DNA from: an uncultured Nitrospirota bacterium | GTDB lineage: Bacteria; Nitrospirota; Thermodesulfovibrionia; SZUA-242 | Assembly (NCBI GenBank): GCA_964462885.1 | Contig: CAYWZR010000001.1 | Span: 1 to 41,598 of the forward strand | Direction of reading: 5' to 3' | DNA: 41,598 nt | Shown here: piece by piece, positions 17,559 through 26,427 of the stretch | How the letters are laid out: every line of letters starts with the position of its first letter | Position numbering within the stretch: position 1 is the stretch's first letter | Program-made: the position numbers and the translations under genes | The notes under the pieces: generated by a model | What the model saw: the letters and a program-made list of their open reading frames with translations, nothing else | What the model was told of the DNA's origin: nothing | Databases searched by the model: none

Positions 17559-20513
17559 ATGAGACTCACTGCTAAATTCATCACAGCTTTTATATTTATA
17601 GTTTTTATCCCGATTATTACGCTGGGCTACTTGAGCTATTCCTCTGCCAAGTTAGTGCTTAAGCAGCAAGCCTTGCACTACTTGGTTCCGTTAGCGGAAA
17701 GCAAAAAAGGGCATATTTACAGTTTTTTCAAGACAGTCAAAGACAGGGCTATGGATTTCTCCTCCGACAGGTTCATCCTTGACACCGTAGAGACAATGCA
17801 GGCCCTCGACGCAGAAAATACCCGCTTTCAGGAGTTTCAAAAATCCTTGAATTCACATTTGAGGCTGAGCAAGATACCCCTGGATGAACATACACAGCTA
17901 ATCCTGGTTATTAACTCGACCGGCCAGGTGATCGCTTCAACCGATGAGCGTGAGATAGGAAAGGACGAGTCAATGGATGAGTATTTTGTGAAGGGCAGAG
18001 CAGGTGTTTACATGGGTGACGTGCATAGCTCACTGCACTTTGCCGGTTCAGAGCGTCCATACAAGATTGTCGTCTCCGCACCCCTCATTGGCAGGGAAAA
18101 CAATGTTTTTCTGGGCGTTATTGTCAATTACTATAATACTGTTGAGATGGACCTGATACTCTCTGGAAAGTATCAGGTAAAAAAAGGAGCAATAAGTGGC
18201 AACCTAGGCAGCAGAAGGAATCTTGATATTTACCTTGTAAACAAGAAAAAACTTCTGATTACACCATCACTTGCCGGTGGTAAAGTCATGAAACAGATGG
18301 TTACAACATTGCCTGTGCTTGAATGCAGCTACGGCAGGGAAACCACCTCGACCTATAAGAATTATAGAGGCGACGAGGTAATAGGGGCATCCATATGTCT
18401 GCCGGACAACGGCTGGACCCTGCTGGTTGAAATCAGTGAGAAGCAGGCATTTGCTCCTATTGCTGCATTAAGGCGTCATGCAATTATCTTAGGTATCGCT
18501 ATTGAACTCTTAACACTTGTTGTTGCTTACTTTTTTGCCAAAAAAATTATAAATCCCGTAGTTTCACTTTCCAGGCTCACACAGAAGCTTGCAGACGGAG
18601 ATTTTTCTGTTCGTGTTCCGGTGGAATCAAAAGATGAAATAGGAGAACTTGCCGATTCTTTTAACAAAATGGCGGCCAGGCTTGCCAATTCTCAGCATAC
18701 AATACTCACAGAAAAATCTCGTCTTGAATCGCTTATTAACGGCATTGATGACGGAATAGCTCTTTCCGACTCAGACGATAATGTGGTAATTTTGAACAAA
18801 TCGGCTGAAAATATCTTTGGAGTAAAAACTTCGGATATTGCCGGCAAACCGGTTGTGAATTTCCATAAAGGTCCCACCCGCAAAAAAGTCAATGAGATCC
18901 TTCAGGCATTTAAGGACGGGGAAAAGAATCATTATTTGAGTGAAATAACTTACAAAAATCTTGATTTTGAGGTCCGGGCCTTATCCATATATAAGGGAGA
19001 TGCATACTTCGGTGCAGTGATGGTTGCACATGATATCACTAAACGGAAACGCACGGAAAATGAGTTGCGGGCAAAACAGGAAGAAATTTTTGATAAACAT
19101 GAGGAGCTAAGCTTAGTTTTCAAACAGATGGAAATCGCTAAGGGCGAGTGGGAAAGAACCATGGACTGCATGGGCGATATGGTTATTCTTGCCGATGGAA
19201 ATGGCAGGTTAAAAAGATGTAATACAGCCGTTAAAGAATTAATCGGAACAACATACAATAAAATTATAGGTAAAAATTGGGAGTCTCTGCTTCGCGAGAA
19301 TGGCATGAATCCAGATGTTTTTGATGCACAGGGAACAGAGATTTTTCATGAGCGTACAGGAAGATGGTTTGTCTTTAGATCGTATCCATATACAAAAGCT
19401 TCTGATTATGAAGTTTCCGGCATTGTGATAACTCTGCATGACTCCACTGAGCTGAAACACGTAATGGAAGAGCTTGAATATAAAAATATGGAAATAGATA
19501 AAAACAGTAACAAACTTCAAAAGTCGCTTAGTGAAATATCCTTTCTTATACAGCAAGTTGCGGATGATAAAGATTTCAAAGTCAGATATTCGGAGCCTGA
19601 GTTGAAGCAGTCTGACTTCGATCCGATATATCAGCTCGGCAATCAATTCAATAACATGATGCAGATTCTTGAGTTGAAAAACAGGGAACTTGAGGATGCG
19701 TATGAAAAGCTTAAGAATACGCAAACGCAGATTTTGCAACAGGACAAGATGGCATCTATCGGCCAGCTTGCGGCCGGTGTTGCGCACGAAATTAATAATC
19801 CCATGGGCTTTATATCCAGCAACATAGGCACTCTTGAAAAATATGTCCGGAGGCTGGTTGAGTTTATCGATGCACAGGCCGAAGCACTGGAATCCCTTAA
19901 GGCCGTAGAAGAGCTTGAACAATTGAATAGCACAAAAAAGAAACTGAAACTTGATTATATAGTTGACGACATAAAAGATTTGATAAAAGAATCTCTTGAC
20001 GGCGCTGACAGGGTAAGAAGAATAGTGCAGAACCTTAAAAGTTTTTCAAGAGTGGATGAGGCCGAGAAAAAGCATGTAGATATTAACGAATGCATTAAAA
20101 GCACTATAACAATAGTTTGGAACGAGTTGAAGTACAAGACTACACTGACCAAAGAATACGGAGAGCTTCCTCTGACCAAGTGTTATCCACAGCAGCTTAA
20201 CCAGGTTTTCATGAACCTTCTTGTAAATGCTGCTCACGCCATAGAAAAACAGGGGGATATCAAAATCAAGACGTGGCACGAAGATGGTTTTATTTTTGCC
20301 TCTGTCTCAGACACCGGCCATGGAATTCCGAATGACGAGTTAAACAAAGTATTCGAGCCTTTCTTTACCACAAAGGAGGTCGGCAAGGGCACAGGCCTAG
20401 GGCTTAGCATCACCTACGACATAGTTAAAAAACATGATGGAGATATTTTTGTCGAAAGTGTACTGGGAAAAGGCACTACGTTTACTGTGAGACTGCCGGT
20501 TAAGGAAGTGTGA
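17559..20513 (+). CDS. Sensor histidine kinase: Cache-like periplasmic domain, HAMP, 2 PAS, coiled coil, HisKA-type H-box, HATPase_c
   Basis: 984 aa. TM1 is FITAFIFIVFIPIITLGYL. HAMP is LADGDFSVRVPVESKDEIGELADSFNKMA. H-box is AAGVAHEINNPMGFISSN. G-box is GTGLGLSITYDIVKKHDGDIF. Confidence 0.9.
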   Translation: MRLTAKFITAFIFIVFIPIITLGYLSYSSAKLVLKQQALHYLVPLAESKKGHIYSFFKTVKDRAMDFSSDRFILDTVETMQALDAENTRFQEFQKSLNSHLRLSKIPLDEHTQLILVINSTGQVIASTDEREIGKDESMDEYFVKGRAGVYMGDVHSSLHFAGSERPYKIVVSAPLIGRENNVFLGVIVNYYNTVEMDLILSGKYQVKKGAISGNLGSRRNLDIYLVNKKKLLITPSLAGGKVMKQMVTTLPVLECSYGRETTSTYKNYRGDEVIGASICLPDNGWTLLVEISEKQAFAPIAALRRHAIILGIAIELLTLVVAYFFAKKIINPVVSLSRLTQKLADGDFSVRVPVESKDEIGELADSFNKMAARLANSQHTILTEKSRLESLINGIDDGIALSDSDDNVVILNKSAENIFGVKTSDIAGKPVVNFHKGPTRKKVNEILQAFKDGEKNHYLSEITYKNLDFEVRALSIYKGDAYFGAVMVAHDITKRKRTENELRAKQEEIFDKHEELSLVFKQMEIAKGEWERTMDCMGDMVILADGNGRLKRCNTAVKELIGTTYNKIIGKNWESLLRENGMNPDVFDAQGTEIFHERTGRWFVFRSYPYTKASDYEVSGIVITLHDSTELKHVMEELEYKNMEIDKNSNKLQKSLSEISFLIQQVADDKDFKVRYSEPELKQSDFDPIYQLGNQFNNMMQILELKNRELEDAYEKLKNTQTQILQQDKMASIGQLAAGVAHEINNPMGFISSNIGTLEKYVRRLVEFIDAQAEALESLKAVEELEQLNSTKKKLKLDYIVDDIKDLIKESLDGADRVRRIVQNLKSFSRVDEAEKKHVDINECIKSTITIVWNELKYKTTLTKEYGELPLTKCYPQQLNQVFMNLLVNAAHAIEKQGDIKIKTWHEDGFIFASVSDTGHGIPNDELNKVFEPFFTTKEVGKGTGLGLSITYDIVKKHDGDIFVESVLGKGTTFTVRLPVKEV

Positions 20514-20599
20514 ATTATGAAGAGTGAAGAAAAGTACTGCCTCCCCTTTTTTAAAGGGAGAAGGGGGGATTAAAGAATAGGACTGAGAGGAGATATGAC

Positions 20600-21433
20600 G
20601 TGGAAGAACAGGTGAAAATTCTTTTTGTCGACGATGAAAAAAATGTTCTTAAATCTCTGAAACGAGTTTTTCTTGATGATGACTATGAGATTATTACTGC
20701 AACATCCGGAAGTGAAGGGCTGGATGTTCTGGAGAAAAATCCAGATATTCAACTGATCATATCAGATTACAGAATGCCTGGAGTCAATGGGGTGGATTTT
20801 CTACGAACGGTCTATGAACGTTGGCCTGATACTGTAAGAATAGTGCTTTCCGGGTATGCCGATACGGCAGCAGTGGTCTCGGCCATAAACGAAGGTAGGA
20901 TATACAAGTTTATCCCGAAGCCGTGGAATGATGACGAGCTTAAGGGCACAGTATCAAATGCGATTGAAAGATACTTCCTTGCTAAGAAGAATTGCCAGCT
21001 TACCAGAGCTATTGCCGACAGAAATATTGAGCTGGAAAGATTAAATGGCAATCTTGAGAAGATGGTTTCGGAGCGAACTTCGGAGCTGATGTTTCAGAAC
21101 AATGTTCTGGCCCGCTCCCAGAACATCCTTGATGCCTTGCCTATCGCTGTACTAGGTATAGATCCAGATGGCTTAATAGTACAATGTAACCGAAAGGGCA
21201 GAGAACTGCTGAATCGGGGTGAAGCAAGCATCATCGGGGAGGATAGGATAAATGTTCTTACCAAAGAAATGAATGCCTTTGTCGACAGGGTTGGTAAAGA
21301 AGAGTCCTTTTCAGGACATTTTTCGATAGGCAACACCGAAATTGAAAGTAAGGGCGTGCTCATGGAACAGGACGACCATGGACAAGAAGGTATTATCCTG
21401 GTTTTCTGTGAAATATGTGAAGAGGAAGCATAA
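20600..21433 (+). CDS. Response regulator, RpfG-type REC domain plus C-terminal PAS-like domain
   Basis: GTG start preceded by AGGAG. REC domain (KILFVDDEKN ... LIISDYRMPGVNGVDF ... FIPKPWNDDEL), then a coiled linker and a PAS-like ILDALPIAVLGIDPDGLIVQCNRKGRELL. Confidence 0.85.
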   Translation: MEEQVKILFVDDEKNVLKSLKRVFLDDDYEIITATSGSEGLDVLEKNPDIQLIISDYRMPGVNGVDFLRTVYERWPDTVRIVLSGYADTAAVVSAINEGRIYKFIPKPWNDDELKGTVSNAIERYFLAKKNCQLTRAIADRNIELERLNGNLEKMVSERTSELMFQNNVLARSQNILDALPIAVLGIDPDGLIVQCNRKGRELLNRGEASIIGEDRINVLTKEMNAFVDRVGKEESFSGHFSIGNTEIESKGVLMEQDDHGQEGIILVFCEICEEEA

Positions 21434-22755
21434 TGATGGATAAACCAGAAAAAGAAACGCAGGTACAGGTGCTCTTTGTTGATGATGAGGAGAATATATT
21501 AAAGTCTCTAAAGCGGTTGTTTATGGATGAATCCTTCAATGTTATAACTGCCGATTCTGGCGAGAAAGGTCTTGAGGTTTTACGTGAGACCAGCAACATA
21601 GGTCTTATTGTATCTGACCAGAGAATGCCTGGTCTCTCTGGAGTTGAGTTTCTTGAGAAGGCTAAAATTATAACGCCGCAAGCTATGCGGATTGTGCTTA
21701 CAGGCTACGCCGATGTGAATGTAGCCATGGATGCAATAAACAGGGGAGGTGCGTACAGATATATTACAAAACCCTGGACGGATGACGACCTGCTTCAGGC
21801 CATAAAGGAGGCTGTTAGTATATATCTGCTTACAAACGAGAACCAAAGACTGACGGGTGTAATAAAAAAGCAGAATGAGCAGCTACAGCGCTGGAACTCT
21901 CAACTTGAGTACGATGTGCAGAAACAGACAATTGAGATACAGAAAAAGAACGATGAGCTAAGCAAACTTAACAATAGACTGAAAAAGAACTTTCACAACT
22001 CTATCGCCGCATTTTCAGGGCTCATGGAGCTTCGTGATAAAAGGGCTCAAAGTCATTCAAACAATGTTGCGGAAATCGCGGTTAAAGCAGCCAAGGCGAT
22101 GGAGTTGTCGGATAAAGACATAGAAGACATTAAAGTGGCGGCTTTGCTTCATGATATTGGTAAAATAGGTATCCACGACTCTCTTCTTCAGAAAGACCCT
22201 GCGGAGATGAGTCCTGAGGAGTTGGCCGAGTACAATTTGCATCCGGTGAGGGGCCAGACAGCAATAGATTCAATAGAGGATTTAAGAGATGCCGGTGTTC
22301 TGATAAGGCATCATCACGAATGGTTTAATGGTAATGGTTTTCCTGACAGACTGCAAGGTTCAAAGGTGCCGGTAGGATCTATGATCATAGCTATTGCTGA
22401 TTTTATTGACAAGACCATCTCCAGTCACTTGGATGATGATGCGGTGGACTTCGCTCTGGACAAGGTTAAAGAGGAAAGCGATCGCAGGTTTGATCCCAAG
22501 TTCTATCCCTTGATTGAAAGTTCCGCAAGAGAAGTCTATTCGGGCAGCATATCCAAGCAGGATCTGGTTGAAGCCGAGGTGTCAGATAAAGACCTTCAGA
22601 TAGGAATGGTTTTATCAAGAGATGCTCGTAGCGGAACAGGTCTTATGCTGCTTAGAAAGGGAGCAAAACTTGACAGCAAAAAGATTCAGGCCTTGAAGCG
22701 CTACTACCGGCTTGATCCGTCCAATACTGGTGTTTTTGTCTGGGTTAGAAGGTAA
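21433..22755 (+). CDS. Response regulator, RpfG-type REC plus HD-GYP-like domain with a degenerate GYP motif, plus a C-terminal extension
   Basis: The ATG overlaps the upstream stop. REC domain (VLFVDDEEN ... LIVSDQRMPGLSGVEF ... ITKPWTDDDL), HD (LLHDIGKIGI), and HHHEWFNGNGFP at 22309-22344 in place of HHExxDGxGYP. Confidence 0.87.
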   Translation: MMDKPEKETQVQVLFVDDEENILKSLKRLFMDESFNVITADSGEKGLEVLRETSNIGLIVSDQRMPGLSGVEFLEKAKIITPQAMRIVLTGYADVNVAMDAINRGGAYRYITKPWTDDDLLQAIKEAVSIYLLTNENQRLTGVIKKQNEQLQRWNSQLEYDVQKQTIEIQKKNDELSKLNNRLKKNFHNSIAAFSGLMELRDKRAQSHSNNVAEIAVKAAKAMELSDKDIEDIKVAALLHDIGKIGIHDSLLQKDPAEMSPEELAEYNLHPVRGQTAIDSIEDLRDAGVLIRHHHEWFNGNGFPDRLQGSKVPVGSMIIAIADFIDKTISSHLDDDAVDFALDKVKEESDRRFDPKFYPLIESSAREVYSGSISKQDLVEAEVSDKDLQIGMVLSRDARSGTGLMLLRKGAKLDSKKIQALKRYYRLDPSNTGVFVWVRR

Positions 22756-22787
22756 ACACTGTAATAAAATCAGGGGAGGATGGCAGC

Positions 22788-23294
22788 ATGAAAGATTCGA
22801 TACTTTTGGTGGATGATGAACCGGATGTTCTTTCGTCAATTAAGAGAGCGCTAATAGATGAAGATTGCGAAATTTACCTGGCAGGCAGCGGTGTCGAGGG
22901 ACTGGGCATACTCAAGCGGCACAAGGTTAAAGTAATCATTTCGGATGAGATGATGCCGGAGATGACAGGCTCAGACTTTCTCTCAATCGTAAAAGTGCAA
23001 TACCCTGAAACAATACGTATTATCCTTACTGGGCAAGCAGATATCAAGTCAGCGATGAGGGCAATTAATAAGGGCGAAATCTACAGGTTTCTTACAAAAC
23101 CGTGGAACGATATTGAGCTAAAGTTGACAATAATGTCTGCTCTGGAGAAATATAATCTCGAAGCGGAAAACAGAAATCTTCTTGCAACTGTTAAACGTCA
23201 GGCCCTTGACATACAACTAATGGAGAAGCAATACCCCGGCATAACCAGGCTTGACAGGGACGAAAGTGGTAACCTTGTAATACCGGAGGTTTAA
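22788..23294 (+). CDS. Stand-alone response regulator receiver protein (RpfG-type REC)
   Basis: 168 aa. ILLVDDEPDV ... VIISDEMMPEMTGSDF ... LTKPWNDIEL. GGGGAGGA SD upstream. Confidence 0.88.
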   Translation: MKDSILLVDDEPDVLSSIKRALIDEDCEIYLAGSGVEGLGILKRHKVKVIISDEMMPEMTGSDFLSIVKVQYPETIRIILTGQADIKSAMRAINKGEIYRFLTKPWNDIELKLTIMSALEKYNLEAENRNLLATVKRQALDIQLMEKQYPGITRLDRDESGNLVIPEV

Positions 23295-23296
23295 AA

Positions 23297-24199
23297 ATGA
23301 GAATTCTCGATGCAGACAAACTTGCAAAACTGGTGAAGGATCTTCCTGTTCTGCCTTCTGTTGTGATTCAGGTGAATCGTGCGTTGGGAAAAGAGGCCGC
23401 CTCTACTGATGAGATCGGTGAGATAATCGAGAAAGACTCTGCTTTGACCACCAAGCTCTTGAGGCTTGCAAACTCCAGTTACTATGGTTTGTCTTACCAG
23501 GTTGATACAGTTAAGAGGGCCATTTCAGTACTCGGTTTCAACACTGTAAGAAACCTTGCGGTTACGATTTCGGTGGATAAGATATTCCGTGGTGACATGA
23601 ATGGTTCATTCGATGTACGGGCGCTCTGGAAACACAGTCTTGGCTGCGCGTTATCATCAAAGTTTTTGCTCGGATCAAAGGATCTTGAGATCAGAGAAGA
23701 AGCCTTTGTATGTGGTATTATTCATGATATAGGTAAGGTTGTGATTGCCCAAAACATGCCTGATGCCATGCATGAAGTTATTAAAAAAGTCAGTGGTGAC
23801 AATGGGATGAATCAGAGCAGCGCTGAAAGGGAAATTATGGGGTTCACCCATGCTGATGTCGGGGCGCTGGTGGCGGAAAAGTGGCATTTTCCGGAGAAAT
23901 TTTCACGAACAATCAAGTTTCATCATCATCCGGGACAATCTCCTTACGGATCGCAAGCAGAACTGCCACAGTCCGAATCATCACAGCCGGAATATGGAGT
24001 AAAACTTCTTTACGCCGTATATACCGGTAATATATTGGCCAAGACAGCAGGTCTTGGTAAGAGTTTGGACAAACATGTTGAAAAAATAACTCCTTCCGTC
24101 TGGGGAATTCTAGGTCGCCAGAAAGACGAGTTACCGAAGATGATTAAAACGGTCAAAAAAGATTTTGAAGCAATAATAAGTTCGTGGAATATAGGATAA
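23297..24199 (+). CDS. HDOD domain signalling protein
   Basis: 300 aa. LPVLPSVVIQVNRAL...IIEKDSALTTKLLRLANSSYYGL, plus GIIHDIGKVVIAQ and HADVGALVAEKWHFPE. These are typical HDOD features. Confidence 0.85.
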   Translation: MRILDADKLAKLVKDLPVLPSVVIQVNRALGKEAASTDEIGEIIEKDSALTTKLLRLANSSYYGLSYQVDTVKRAISVLGFNTVRNLAVTISVDKIFRGDMNGSFDVRALWKHSLGCALSSKFLLGSKDLEIREEAFVCGIIHDIGKVVIAQNMPDAMHEVIKKVSGDNGMNQSSAEREIMGFTHADVGALVAEKWHFPEKFSRTIKFHHHPGQSPYGSQAELPQSESSQPEYGVKLLYAVYTGNILAKTAGLGKSLDKHVEKITPSVWGILGRQKDELPKMIKTVKKDFEAIISSWNIG

Positions 24200-24226
24200 A
24201 GAGTGGTTCAATAGGCTGAGGATTAT

Positions 24227-24805
24227 ATGCAAAAACAGAAAGTTATTTCTACTCAAACTCTGAAGGGGTCATTTCTAATTGCAATGCCTCATATGATAGA
24301 TGGAAGGTTTGCCCAGAGCCTGGTGTATCTTTGCGAGCATTCCGAAGAAGGCGCTATGGGACTTATAGTAAATAAGCCGCTTATCGGGGTGGATTTTGAT
24401 GAGATTTGCCGACAGGTGGATCTGCCTGTTCCAGCCTCTCCGGCACCGCTGGTTTACTACGGAGGCCCGGTTTACCCCGAAGGTGGTTTTATTATTCATT
24501 CAACCGAATATCACGGTGGCAGCGGAACGCTTCAGATTAGTCCGAGCATTTGCCTGTCAACAGATCAGGCTTTACTCAAGGATATTGTTGAGGGGTGCGG
24601 ACCGAAAAAGTTTCTTCTTGTTATGGGCTACTCAGGATGGATGCCGGGGCAGTTGGAGAACGAGATACAAAATGATGATTGGCTGGTTGTGCCTGCCGAA
24701 GACCATGTGATCTTTGATATCTCGAACGAACATAAGTGGAGAGCGGCAGCCAGTCGGCACGGTATTGATCTTTCGATGGTTTCAAATGTTACAGGCACTG
24801 CCTGA
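24227..24805 (+). CDS. algH: YqgE/AlgH family protein (UPF0301)
   Basis: 192 aa. LIAMPHMIDGRFAQSLVYLCEHSEEGAMGLIVNKP and GYSGWMPGQLENEI are family hallmarks. Confidence 0.85.
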   Translation: MQKQKVISTQTLKGSFLIAMPHMIDGRFAQSLVYLCEHSEEGAMGLIVNKPLIGVDFDEICRQVDLPVPASPAPLVYYGGPVYPEGGFIIHSTEYHGGSGTLQISPSICLSTDQALLKDIVEGCGPKKFLLVMGYSGWMPGQLENEIQNDDWLVVPAEDHVIFDISNEHKWRAAASRHGIDLSMVSNVTGTA

Positions 24806-24840
24806 GGTCACAGGTACTGCCTGATATATTTCTTTTGTTC

Positions 24841-25647
24841 TCATACATTGCGTATTTTCACCCCGGCAAATACCAAAAAAAACATAACCGTGGCTGTAAG
24901 CACTATGGCTCCACCAGGAGGAAGATCAAACTCAAGTGATAAGGCCAGTCCTGCCAGGGTAGACAGCACTCCTGCCGCACAGGAAACAGCTACCATTGAG
25001 AAAGGGCTGTTTGACAAAAGCCGGGCTGTAGCACCAGGAATAACCAGAAGGGCGGAAACAAGCACTATTCCAACCACACGAATCGAGACGACCACAGCAA
25101 GCGACAGGGCTGCCAGAAACAGCAGGTTCAAGATCCGTACTGGCAAACCCTGCACCTTTGCCAACTCCTCGTTGTAAGCTGACATAAATAGTTCCTTCAG
25201 AAAAAGCAGTATAAAAGCGGCCACTGCAACCGTCATGGTAACCGTGATCCAGACTTCTGCCTCGGAAATGGCCAGTATACTGCCGAAAAGATAGCCGAAA
25301 AGATCTGTATTGTATCTATGGGAAATACCTATAAGCACAATGCCCAGAGCCATCGAACTTGCAAAAAACACTCCTATTGCCGTATCTGCCGATACCCTTG
25401 CCCGTCGGCCTATGAAATCTATACCGACAGCCACAGCCAGGCAATAAATCATCGCTGTTATCATCGGGTTTATTCCTGTAACAAAGCCAATGGCCACACC
25501 ACCAAATGCCGAGTGTGAAATTCCGGCACCGATAAAAGACATCTTTCGCAGTACCACAAATACCGAGACAAGAGCGCAGACAAGACTGACTGCTATGCCT
25601 GAAATAATTGCACGCTGCACAAAGCCTTCCTGTAATAATTCGATCAT
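24841..25647 (-). CDS. znuB: Metal (Zn/Mn-type) ABC transporter permease, ABC-3 family
   Basis: 268-aa polytopic protein. Its start overlaps the ATPase stop (ATGA). It is the last gene of the SBP-ATPase-permease trio. Confidence 0.82.
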   Translation of the reverse strand: MIELLQEGFVQRAIISGIAVSLVCALVSVFVVLRKMSFIGAGISHSAFGGVAIGFVTGINPMITAMIYCLAVAVGIDFIGRRARVSADTAIGVFFASSMALGIVLIGISHRYNTDLFGYLFGSILAISEAEVWITVTMTVAVAAFILLFLKELFMSAYNEELAKVQGLPVRILNLLFLAALSLAVVVSIRVVGIVLVSALLVIPGATARLLSNSPFSMVAVSCAAGVLSTLAGLALSLEFDLPPGGAIVLTATVMFFLVFAGVKIRNV

Positions 25648-26426
25648 CTTCTAAGCCTCTCGCACTTATCACAGACCCCAGAGTGAAGCAATAGATCCAC
25701 GCTTTTTCCGTATAGCTTGGCAATCACCTCTTCACTAAAAACACCCAGCGGGTTGCCGTGAAAATGAAGGGATTGATTGAGGCAGGCTATTTCATCAATA
25801 TAAGACGAGATGGATCCGACATCGTGGCTAACCATTACAATAGTAAGCCCGAGCCGCTTCTGAAGTCCCTTTAAAAGGTGATAAAAATCCTCCTGCCCCA
25901 CAACATCTATGGCAGTGGAAGGTTCATCAAGAACAAGAATCTCGGGGCCGCCGGCCAGCGCTCTTGCAATAGAAACCCGCTGTTGTTGTCCACCGGATAG
26001 GGTTTCAAACGGCGAGGTTTCCAGATCTGATATGCCCATCATCTCCAGGCATTTGCGGGCTTCAAGGCGGTCTTTTTTCCCAGGCCAACGAAAAAGCCCG
26101 ATCTGACCGTAGAGTCCCATCATTACTACATCGATTACTCTTAAGGGAAAATTTCGTTCCCCGGCGTTTATCTGCGGAAGATAGCCGAAGACCTTACCAC
26201 TTCGGGTAAGTTGCAAGGGAGATTTGCCAAATATATGTACGCTGCCGTAAGAGGGCTTGATCAGCCCTAGAATTATTTTTAGAAGTGAGGTTTTGCCGCC
26301 GCCGTTTGGACCGACAATACCTAGAAAACGACCTTTTTCAAGAAATAAGGATAAATCTTTCAGTACTTCCCGCCCGTTATAGACAAGGCTGAGATTACGA
26401 ATATCTATGGCATGGGTATCAGCCAT
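25644..26426 (-). CDS. znuC: Metal ABC transporter ATP-binding protein
   Basis: Walker A is GPNGGGKTS. Signature is LSGGQQQR. Walker B is ILVLDEP. The C-terminal tail is HSGVCDKCERLRR. Confidence 0.88.
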   Translation of the reverse strand: MADTHAIDIRNLSLVYNGREVLKDLSLFLEKGRFLGIVGPNGGGKTSLLKIILGLIKPSYGSVHIFGKSPLQLTRSGKVFGYLPQINAGERNFPLRVIDVVMMGLYGQIGLFRWPGKKDRLEARKCLEMMGISDLETSPFETLSGGQQQRVSIARALAGGPEILVLDEPSTAIDVVGQEDFYHLLKGLQKRLGLTIVMVSHDVGSISSYIDEIACLNQSLHFHGNPLGVFSEEVIAKLYGKSVDLLLHSGVCDKCERLRR

Positions 26427-26427
26427 T

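Noticed and set aside
18692-20279. Several minus-strand ORFs up to 227 aa (e.g. 19239..19922) inside the 984-aa kinase gene
   Set aside because: They are antisense to a gene with clear HAMP/PAS/HisKA/HATPase motifs. The translations are low complexity (Phe/Ile/Leu/Lys-rich) and reflect the AT-rich codon complement.
20531-20560. Hairpin ctcccc-tttttt-aaagggag / cccctt..aagggg after the 984-aa kinase as an intrinsic terminator
   Set aside because: The stem is short and mismatched and no U-tract follows. The next gene starts 40 nt later with its own SD, so read-through co-transcription is more likely.
24791-24824. 19-bp-period direct repeat acaggcactgcctga / acaggtactgcctga spanning the algH stop codon
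   Set aside because: It is a real but tiny local duplication that repeats the stop context. I could see no structural or regulatory consequence.
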